From Lophium mytilinum (lineage: Eukaryota), in NCBI GenBank assembly GCA_010093605.1, contig MU004182.1, positions 2,465,195 through 2,529,194 on the forward strand: 64,000 nucleotides of DNA, in the 5' to 3' direction. This document shows positions 51,361 through 62,071 of this stretch, piece after piece. The notes below the pieces were generated by a model that had not been told where the DNA came from, made no database searches, and worked only from the letters and a program-made list of their open reading frames with translations. The position numbers and the translations under genes were made by a program. Position 1 is the first letter of the stretch. Each line of letters begins with the position of its first letter.

Positions 51361-53141
51361 ATGGGCAACAAGGAGCTCAGCCATGATATCGTCGTGCCCT
51401 CGAACACCCCACCTAGAGAAGACGTGGACATGAAGAAGAGTCAAGAAATGACGGATATCTCTCAAATCGAGAGGGTCATATCGCCGGGGGATGTGATCAA
51501 AGATCACATGAACTACGACCGTATCGATAAAGAACTCGCAAAGTATGCGCAGGCGGGAAGAATCGACATCACAGAGGCAGAGAACAAAAGGTTGAGGAGG
51601 ATGATTGATAAGAGGGTGTTACCGGTCATGATATTCACGTACTTCCTTCAGGCGCTCGACAAGGGGACGCTCAGCTTCGCTTCGATTATGGGTATCAAGA
51701 AGGATGCACACCTGGTGGGACAGCAGGTACCTACATCCCCGAGCACTCTCAACTCACCTACAGCTCAAAGACGAAAGCTAAATCCTCACAGTACTCGTGG
51801 CTCACCACTTGTATCTACATCGCCGTACTAATCGTCGAATATCCAACCAATTGGCTGATACAGCGCGTCCCCATCGCCAAATATTTGGGAGCCAACATCA
51901 TCCTTTGGAGCATAACACTCGCTCTCCACGCCGCCTGTCGAAGTTTTCCAGCTCTCGTGGCTGTTCGAACTCTCCTCGGTATCTTCGAAGCTGTCTGCCA
52001 GCCCTCATTCCTCGTGATGAGCTCGATGTGGTACAAGCGCGATGAGCAAGCCCAAATAGTGACGTATTGGTACATGATGAACGGAGGGCAGCAAATTGTA
52101 GGCGGACTTTTAGCGTACTGTTTCAGTCTGATCCACCATGGACCATTGAAGAGCTGGCAAGCTATCTTCCTGACCTACGGGTGCTTCTCAGTCCTATGGG
52201 GGCTCTTTGTCCTGTGGTGGCTTCCAGGTATGAGAACCATCCCTCTATACCCTGTGTCTAGGTACTGATAGGTTATTCCAGACAGCCCCATGCGCGCTAA
52301 GTGTTTCTCAGAGGAGGACAAAGCCCTCATGGTCGAACGCGTTCGTTCAAACCAAACCGGTCTCCAAAACAAAACCTTCCGATCCGAGCAACTAAAGGAA
52401 GCCTTACTCGATCCACAATCCTGGTGCTATTGTTTGATCGCGATCTGCACTACCCTCCCAACCTCCGGACTCGGAGCCTTCGCGAACATCATCATTTCCG
52501 GATTCGATTTCACAGTCCTGCAGACACAGCTGCTGGCCATGGTCCTCGGCGCCGTGATCGTCCTCATCCTGCTCTCTTCAACCTGGCTAGTCAGGAAGAC
52601 GGGGCAGAACCTGATAGTCATGGGAGTATTCGTGATTCCGTGAGCCATTCCAGTCTCTCCTCCCGTCATCAATCTAACCCTCTTCAGTTCTTTCGTCGGT
52701 ACCATAGTCCTCATGACAGTCGAAAACCACAACAAAGCCAGCCAAGTCGGCCTGCTCATCTCCTACTACATCGTGCTCTCCTTCTGGGCGGCACAAACCC
52801 TCGCTATGTCGATGATCTCGCGCAATATCGCCGGCCAAACCAAGAAGACGGCCGTCGTTGCGATGAACTTCGTCGCATGGGCTACGGGTAATGCAATTGG
52901 GCCGCAAGTCTTCCTAGACTGGAACGCGCCGCGGTATCTCATCGCGTTTGCCGTGCACATGGGCTGTTACTGCTTGCTGGTGCTGGTGATTGTGTTTCTG
53001 CGGTGGGAGTTGAAGCGGCGGAACGAGGCAAAGGATAGGCTGGCGGAGGCGGGAGTGAGGGAGGCGAATGATGAGAGCTTGGTGCATGCGTTTGATGATC
53101 TAACGGATCGGGAGAACCCGAACTTCAGGTATATGTTCTGA
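51361..53141 (+). CDS. MFS transporter, DAL5/allantoate permease (anion:cation symporter) family, multi-exon
   Basis: LRRMIDKRVLP, LQALDKGTLSFAS, RTLLGIFEA, MWYKRDEQ, LPDSPMRAK, SRNIAGQTKK, DLTDRENPNFRY. Three introns. Confidence 0.92.
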
Positions 53142-55554
53142 GAATCGGGTTGATGGGGCAGTAAATAAAAAATCTTGGGTCTTGAGCAAACCTTGAAATT
53201 ACCTTGATCCCATTACTCGTGACCTGATCTCCTCCCATGCCCTACAAGAACCTAGTTTCGAACCTGAGTAGTATAATAGCGCTGTCAGGCTATATGATTG
53301 TAGAGGAATGATTAAGGTTAGCCTTGTACTCATGGAGGTTGTGTAAATAGCACGAAGGTGAGTATATGTGAGATATCACCTATCAAGGCGACCAATACGT
53401 TCTTCATTAGGAGTGTTGTGGGAATTATACCAATGTGTAAGATACAGAAACGGAGAAAAGATTGAAGTGCCTAGCGCTTGATCGGTATGCGTATGTCTGT
53501 TATTACTTGTAGTGCTTCAGCACATCCAGAGATCCGGAACAGAAGTATGACTAGCATTGTGACTGGGCTGGAGACAAGAAGGGACGAAATCTCGGGCTCA
53601 TGAGACTGATTATACTTTTGATAACGAGTACGGAAAGGAAATACCTTAGAAGAATCACGTATAACCTGCATAAGCGTGTCTGCCGTTGTTTGCCGTTGCG
53701 TAAAGAGATAGCAGGCTACTAAAGTAAATGACTTACCTCTTGTCCAGATTTCGGAAAGCCGATTGAAGGTATTCAGACAGCTTCAGAACAGTGCATAAAG
53801 ATTTCGACATGATTCTAATTCTGCTGGCATACTAAGCACGATGAAGGTTGTCTACTGACCTCCTAGAGAGCTGCAAGTCTGAAATTGGAACTCTTTGTCC
53901 ATTCTGATAGTCATGTGGTGCACCCCTGACAGTATCGTCCTCATGGCATGATTATAGCACAGAGATCCGAATCGCCTCGTGTTGCCAGATTACGACTTCC
54001 CGCGAGGGCCGGTAAAGCCCCGTAATCGCACATCAAAAGCGGTGAGAGCCGCATGGGCGAGAGCCGCATGGGTTGAGCATCGGCAAGGTCGGCTCTAGAA
54101 AACAGGCATTGGGGATATAATGATGAAAAGCGGCACAATCCCTGGGGCAATCCAGCGGCTAGACGATAGATGACCGCTACTGATGCCGTTCTCGTGAGGC
54201 TCCGTGATTCAGGACTGGTTGAAGTCTCTAATTGCGTGTGAGGCTGGTTGAGATGCTGGAGGAAATGAAACGTGCGAGTCAACGGGCTGGGCCGTCATCG
54301 ATGCTCTGAGACTGACAAAGACGGGTGCCACCGGAGCCGTAACAGGCGCCGTGGTGAATGCAAGCCGCCACATAAGGTGGGCAGTCGGCGGTGATGAAGC
54401 CGGGGCTGCCTCTCAATTGCGGTTGGTGAGCATTCGGTCGGTTCGGGGTGGAGGTTCAGGTCCGTCTGACAGAATGGTGGAGGGGTGTTCGGCATGGGAT
54501 CGTTTAGGCCTGCCAGGCCGAGCGGTGCTGAGTGGTGGACACTAGGGGACGACAGGCAGCCAGGGCTTGCTTCTGGAGCTCGATCCCGGAGGCCTCGTGT
54601 GCTCGCGGAGGTGGGCTGTCTGGACCAAGAAGTGGCAGTTTATAATCTGTGGTTCAATTCGATCCTCCTATCCTTGAGGGACACTAGGCACTATCATATC
54701 ATCGTGTACACCTCTATAGCACCGCCTGAGGTCCATAGTCTGTTATTGTTATTTGCAGAAGAATAGCTCTAGCAAGCCTGATAGCTCTCTGGGCCGCCGC
54801 AAACGGTATTGAAGTGCCACTTTTGCGCCGCGGGGGCTGGGGTGAGGGTGGGCGGCGCTGAGCTGCAGATGGCCAGGTCTTCAACCCAACGAACGCATAT
54901 CGCGGGCCGCCACCTGGCAGAACGTGGCAACCCGTGGCAGCCAGGAAGTGTGCGAATCAGGCCGTGTTTGCCGGGGCGCAGACGTGGAGGCACAGACGGG
55001 GGCTTTGAGATGGCAGCGTCGTCGTCCAGTGAGCGGCAGGAGGCCGATGTTTCAGAAAAACTCTGCCCAGGAGTGCCCCGCTCGCTGTACGGAAATGCGG
55101 CCGTAGCGAAGTGGCAGTTCCAAAAAGAAAGGAAGGGCCCACGTGGTGGAGGGCGCCGGGGCGACTTCAACACCATCCCCAGACTGTCTTGAACCCTTCC
55201 ACTTGGTCTGCTCCCATCCACGACGCTTGTCGCGCTCCAATCCGCTCACGCACGCCGTCACCTCCGCACCCTGCACCGCCAAACCAGACAAGATCGGCCC
55301 CTTGCTGATCCAAGGCGAGCCGGACGGTGAAACGCGAAACGCACGACGCCCCCCCGAACCCGCTGATCCTGACGCTGTCGACCTGCCCTGAGAGAACCCA
55401 CACTCCTCCACCCTCCCGCTGCATATACCCGCCGTCAACCTGTGAATCTACCGACTTCACCACCTGCCACACCTCGTCTGCACATCCCGCATCGCAGCAC
55501 CACTCCACGCCGAGCCCCCTCAACCACAGCCCGCTGCACGACCCAGCCGGCAAC

Positions 55555-56076
55555 ATGACCAACTCCCTAGAATCCTCGAGGCCAATCCTCGCCAACGTGA
55601 GCTCCCCTCTGCACGCGCTCTGCGTGTTCGTTATACAACCCCGCCAGCCGCCTTTGAGGCTGTGTGGCCGTTCGACGCTGTGAAGCTCTCGCCTCCTATG
55701 ACAACCTTCTAACAGTCTGCAGCCTTCCAACTACCGCGCCAGCACCCGCCTATCCACCTACTCCGCCACTCCTACTCTCACACCCTCAATTGCGCCCTCG
55801 CATCTCTCAAACGCCTCGTCAACTGCCGGCGACCCCCGTGCACATGACATCAAGTCGTGGAATGCCGGCTTCGAGCGCCTCGAGGACAAGCGACTCCAAC
55901 AACAACGCTATGTCGTGACCCCGGAGAAGAACGAGGACATGGGCAAGCTGGCTCTAGGCGCGAAACTGGAACGCGCTCTTGGCCGGCGCATGACAGGCCA
56001 GGATGCCGTCTTCGTGCAAAAGCACCGCAAGGCTGAGAGTTCCGATCTAATGGACGAGAAGAAGGTCAGCACATAG
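55555..56076 (+). CDS. Small two-exon hypothetical protein (131 aa) not captured by the ORF track
   Basis: CAACATG start. Exon 1 55555-55596, intron GTGAGC...CTAAC...CAG 55597-55722, exon 2 open for 118 codons to TAG (…WNAGFERLEDKRLQQQRYV…KLALGAKLERALGRRMTGQDAVF…). Confidence 0.75.
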
Positions 56077-57581
56077 ATCCTGTGCTGCGTTCGTTCTTTG
56101 GCTTGATTCTATCCTGGCAAGATGGCGGAGACACCATGTGGCTGCTGTTGGAGTTGTGTTTTGGAGCGCCGGACAATTGACGGGTCGGGAATTGGGATTA
56201 CCAGGCACATGTTTTCAGCGCCGTGAGAGCATCAGCATGCGAGAGATACCTTTTCATTACGTTACTACTCACCCTCATACGACGAATCGAGGCGAGCTAC
56301 GAAGAATCCGTGATTGAGGCATGGACTGATAGACGAGTTGATGGTGGAACCTGATGTTGCTTCCTGCGTGTTTCTCTCTTTGATTTCTTTACGTCACCGC
56401 CCTCATCATATACCTACTTTTTCCTTTGAGGGTTTCCGTGCTTTATCCATGTAATTCTTGAGCAAACGTCTGGGGTTAAAGGATTCTGATAATTTTGGGC
56501 TGGATGCCTTGAGTAATGGCATTTCGGAGCATATCACAAAAACATTCCTACGTCTTATGCGGAAAGTAACGGTGACGAGTCCGGATTATATCAGAGGTGC
56601 ATCAAAAGAAGTATCCTTAAATCACCATGAATGGACCCCCAGCGTTGTTCTCTGCGCCGCCCGTCTAAAGACTCACCCAGCCTTCTCTTGTGAAACCCAC
56701 AAACGGTCCCCGTCAGCACTACCACCTCTTTCCGCTCCGCCATCCCGTCACCGTGCCCTTCTCCTGTTCTCCGTGACGCCAAGCCCCACCTTCACCGCCG
56801 ATCTAGTAATTTCCTCCTATCAACGCACTGAATCTCTACCGCTAACCACACCGACAGGCACGATCTCACACCAGCCGATCTCGAAGTCGCGTGACCCAAG
56901 CACCCAAGCCACCGGTTAGCTCCATTCGGACTAGAGTGACGCTGGCTCAAACCCTGAGTTCTTGCCCTCTCGAAAGATAGTGTGGACCTTACAAAGGTAC
57001 GTGTTCTCCTCGATATGAAAAGACGTTACTACCCACACCGAAGCATTTATCTGGCCTCAAAAAGTATGGCACGTGGTACTAATAAACCGTCCACTCACGC
57101 CCGATTCACTGCCGCGAGCCAGGGTGTCTACGCGAGGGGTAATAATAGCTTCGGTTGGTCTTCACCATGCTCGCGCAGCGCAAGCGATCTGCTTCCATCT
57201 CGCTTCTGTGCGAATGCCCAGTCCACGATGTCGGGCATCCCAGAAATCCCTTCTCTATCGACAGCAACTGTTGCCCAGAAAGCCTCGCGCTTGGAGCACT
57301 TGTCTCTATTTGGCTTGCGGCAATGAACGACCATGCTGTTTTCGTTGTCATGTGCGCGTAGGTCAATAATATATCTAATTATGAGGACGGCTAAAGCGGG
57401 CTGTACGACTGTGGTGCCTTCTGCTACGTCACGCGTCAGTTGCGTTCGTTGCTTCCCAAATGTAATCTGCCTCTACGAGCTCTAACCATTTCTCTATCGT
57501 CCATGCTCTAACAACATCCTTCAAACTCAACTTCCAAATTCTCCACTCTCCACTACCAACTCTATAATCCTCCATACAAAC

Positions 57582-58243
57582 ATGACTCTCCTCTCTCTCC
57601 TCCTCTCCATCTCAATCTCCCTGCTTTCTCCCGTCGCCGCCCGCACCAACCTCCCCCCGGTCGCCCCAGGCGTCTTCAACGCCAGCGCGCGCATCGAAAT
57701 CAACACCACCCCAGCCCTCCTCTGGACCGCCATAACGAACTTCACCGCCTACCCCGAATGGAACCCCTTCGTTCGGTACGCAGCACCACCGTCCCCTCAC
57801 CCCTCCCCATCTCTCCCAACTAACCCACCCCCAGCTCCGCAATCACCACCAACCCCCTCGGCATCCCCCTCCCGCCATCCGACCAATGGCCCGCCGAAAA
57901 CCGTCGCCTACTCTTCCGCGTCCAGATTCCACCCCTGCCCCTCCCCGTCAACGCCTCCACGCCCGACAACCCGGCCCACTCGCAAACCTCGTTCGAGAAC
58001 ATCACCCACGTGCAGCCGGGCCTCGGCCGCGTGGCGTGGAAGCTGCTAAGTGTGGATCTTGCGTTGGAAGCGGAGCGGTGGACGGCGGTGAGCGTGGCGG
58101 CGAGCGGGAAGGCGCTGTACGAGAGCCGGGAGGTGTACCGCGGGGCGCTGGCGGGGGTGTTGGAGGCACTGTACGGGGAGGGGTTGCAGGAGGGGTTTGA
58201 AGGGCAGGCGGAGGCGTTGAGGAGGTTGTTGGAGGGGGAGTAG
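57582..58243 (+). CDS. Secreted SRPBCC/polyketide-cyclase-like (START/Bet v1 fold) protein
   Basis: Hydrophobic signal peptide, ARIEINTTPALLWTAITNFTAYPEWNPFVR (family motif ..YPEWNP), YESRE.Y.G.LA and C-terminal helix GFEGQAEALRR. Intron at about 57776-57834. Confidence 0.8.
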
Positions 58244-58368
58244 AGGGTCATGGGGGTTGGGCGTTGACGGAGGCACAGGGGAATTCCCAGGAACTTTGAG
58301 GTAGACGTATTAGAGATTATTGGTTTGGTTTATTACACTCACGACTACGTGTCGTAGGGGAGAGTTTA

Positions 58369-59879
58369 CTATTGCCGAATCTGTGGATTCCGCCCCGCGA
58401 TCCCGTTGTTCACCGCCATCGCCAGCGCGTACACGTCCGGATACGCGCTTACTTTCGCCGGCTTGTCGTACGGTAGCACGACGCTCTTGTCGCGGATCCC
58501 GTACGCGTCGAGGTATAGCACGTTCGGGAACGACTCGAGCGTGAAGGCGTTGTACGCCTTGTCGAAGAGGTCGTCGTACACGCTCGCAGCGAGGTTCATA
58601 ATGGCCTTGTCGAAATTCAGGACATCCTCGGCCTGCTGTGTGAGCGTCCACGAGAGCAGGTGGAAGGTGTCCTTGTTCGCGCCGCTGTCGGCGACAATGT
58701 TGCGGTTGGCGCTCAGCTTTTGCAGCTGGTCGGCTTCCATGGTGGCGGCCGAGTTGGAGTTGGAGTACGAGTCGAACATGGGGAAGTTTGTGGCGCTGTA
58801 GAAGCCCTGGGTGGCGTAGTTGCCGAGGGAGATGCCGTTGGGGAGCTGGTTGATGACGAAGACGGAGGGGCTGTTGCCGATGAAATCGTACAGGACTTTG
58901 GTCGTGTAGTCGGTGCTGCCGGGGTTGCTGTCGAGAACGAGATTGTTGAGTTCTTTTAGCTGGTCCCAGAGCTTGTTCCATTCGGCTTGACTTAGGTCGG
59001 TGTACTGCGAGTCGGCGGAGTCGGTGTTGAGAGTGTGAGAGAGGTTTATGATGACCAATTCATGGTACTGAGCGGTAAATCTATTTGCAATGTTAGTCTG
59101 AATCCGCAGTGGAGGACGTTGGTATTTTACTTGTTCACAGCACTGATGATATCCGCCAAAGACTGCCCATTCCCCCCGACCCAAATGCCTTCCACTTCCG
59201 AATAGTGGCCCGAGACGAAGTTTCCATCGGAAATCACCGGCCTCAGGTCGAAAAATCGTGATCCGTAGAGCAATTGATTGTACATGTCCAGGTACTGGGC
59301 CTGGGTGTTCGCAAAGTTGGCGCCCACCGTTCCAGGGCTGTAAGAGCTCATACCCGCGTCATGAGAGCCTGGCATGCAGATATGTCTCAAGGTCCGATTG
59401 CCCAGCGATCCCAGGCTCTGTTGCATCCAGTCGATCGGAGGTGCACTATTCGACCAAATGGCACCACTTTCATCGGTGGACATAATCCAGTTGACCGCAG
59501 CATTGTGTCGGAAGCTTTCATCTATTACAGAACCTTGCGGATTTGTTTTGGTTGACATTCCGTCCAAAGTGACATAGAGATGATAGTCAGAAGGCTTTTT
59601 GGCCTGTACTTGGAAGGTGCTAGAGGTTCCAGCAAGCTTATAATAAGTTTCGCCAGCGTCATCGCGAGTGGAGCCTTTTGTTCCATATTCAACGTAGACT
59701 TTGCTTGATTTGCCTAGAGGGCGTTAGACCTGATGTTGACAAGTCGATTAGCTGCTGTAGAACACACCTGCGCTAATGGTAGGCCAATTCCAAGTAGACA
59801 TTTGATACGAGTGTGATCCGGTCACGGTCCAGTCAAACGGCGAGCCGTTGACTAGCGTCATGTATCCTCCGTAACCCAT
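58369..59879 (-). CDS. PI-PLC X-domain (PLC-like phosphodiesterase) protein, multi-exon
   Basis: LRHICMPGSHDAG, QLLYGSRFFDLRP, SGHYS, ELVIINLSH, LSWTLT, FPNVLYLD. Introns at about 59767-59714 and 59130-59081. Confidence 0.82.
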
Positions 59880-62071
59880 TTCGAAAGGGAAGTTATATCT
59901 CGCAGGGCTCTGCCCCGGAACAAGGTCAAGATGATGAAGAAGCGAGTGTGAAGAGTTTAATGACAGAAAGCTAAGACTCGAGAAGGAGAGGGAAAGTGAG
60001 GCACAGGGACCATATAAGAAGACAAGTCTACTACGCCAGCGTGACTCTCGATTCGGCATGTGGAATGTCATTTTTAAAGTGCGGAAGCCACGCGCCTGCC
60101 ACTCATCAGGGCATCCGCTGTCGCAACACCACACGATTGGACCCTTATTGATGAGACACTATGCCACAGCTAGCTGGATGGTACCTGGATGGTGGAAAAG
60201 GGCTTGGGGCGCAGCGGGGGTAATATCCTTCAGGGCGATCCACTGCGGTTGCAGTGCCGGCAGCATGAGGCTAACAAGTGGAGGTGACAATGTTTCAGGT
60301 TTGGCAGAAAGGCGATTCCGGACTCCGAGAGGCTGTTGAACCCTTCCGTGAGTAGATAGGGCTGGTGGTGAGGGAAACGTTGCTCCAATAAGCCAGCATC
60401 ATTACCGCTGCCCAGCGTGGCGCATGAAGGCGGGCTGAGGGGGTTGTGTCGGCAGCACTCGCCAGCATAAAGGGTAGGCGATCAGATGCCCGGAGAGGCC
60501 GTTACAAGAGTCGCCCAAGATTGCATAGCTCACAGAGATAGATTAAAACATGGCCAGCAACGAGTGAGGTGTCGTCCTGTCGTGGGCACGCGCGTCTAAG
60601 AGGGAAGGAGGAAGGTGGTGGCGACTGGAGGACCCCTGAAAATCCTTCGGAGCGGTGGGCGAATCGCACAGCGGCCGCTCCGCACGTCCACATCAACACC
60701 ATGGCCAAAAGGGCTTCTGACCTTTATCCTATGGTATTCGGTTTCACAGAGCCAGCACAAGGGCCCTTGTATCAGAGGCGCAGTTCTACTCAAAAAGGGT
60801 TCGTCGATAAGGACAGAACCTTCTGCGTCAAATGACATAGAAGTGCCAAGTTGAGGGGACGTGCTCGAGATGAATTTTGCAAAACATCAAAGGTCAGGGA
60901 GACCTGATAGTGATAGGTTTGGAAACATATTCTAATTCTCTACAAAGCAAACATCCTTCACTTGCGGCATTTGTTTCTCTTTCAAGCCTTGCCGAACGCC
61001 CGCTTTGCCTTCACAATCAGCCTTCGTCCGAAAAGGGCTCCATCTTCTGAAGACAACAGGTTCCTCGGCAGTAGCGAAGTCTTTCTAACCTTGCGGACGA
61101 CCTACTAGTGTATCCAACAACGTTTCTGTACTTTATTGCGGAGTCTAAGCTCAAGTCTAGCTAACTAAAAGGAGCATAAATGCAAGAATGCAAACCCCAT
61201 GTTCTAGCAAGAATCGAATTCCAACTGAAAGAGTAATAGCACGCAGCCACTTAGCTACCACTGCGCTACTGCACGGTAGAGTCCCATTTTTTGACGGGTT
61301 CGCTGGGTGGCCACGTTTTGTCACTGTTTGTTAGTATGGAAGGCTCTTAAGGAAGGTCTTGGTCTCCACCACGTCAAAAGTGTTGAATCTGGAGAGAAGT
61401 GAAGGTGAGTAACTTCCTTCGCAAGGAAACACGAGATTTATCTACGTATGTAGTGAGCAGATAGCTTTCGAGTCAATACTACTATTGACCTCCTGCTGCT
61501 TTAGGCGTTTTCTTGGCCATTCGCCGTGCTAATACCGGATATACTGCCACGTTGAAATGTGACTTTCTACAAGTTCAGCTTCACCGCTGCTCCTACCCAA
61601 TGAGGGGTGTACATATAGTAAGGTAGATGTGCAAGACACCCCAAACAAGCAGGTTTCATTGAGACTGGTGATATGTTTAGTAGTGCGCAATGTGAGGCTT
61701 CGTAATCCTTAGGTGCATTCGGCTAGTCGGACCTATAGTAGTAGGCTGATATCGGCGCTTAGGGTATCTCCGATGCTATGGTGCTTTGGTGCTTCTGGTG
61801 CTTTGGCGCTTTTGGTACTTTGAAAACATTTGTCTTCCAGTTTTTCCAATAATAGGGTATCATAAAATATGACCCGACGGTGTCGCCGGACTACCATTGG
61901 TAGATTTCGAAGAAACGATCGTAAATCTAACGAGGGTATCGATCTTGATGCAGCCGTATATGCCGCTGTACGCCTAGAAGCGTTGTCAAGCTTCATGATC
62001 CAATCCAAGCAATGTGGTGCGCAACCACCAAATCTGTATCCGAGCTTCTAGTAATCAAGCCAGGATTGAGC

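Noticed and set aside
53940..55500. Overlapping ORFs on both strands
   Set aside because: Low-complexity translations of GC-rich sequence, with no domain signatures or coherent exon chain.
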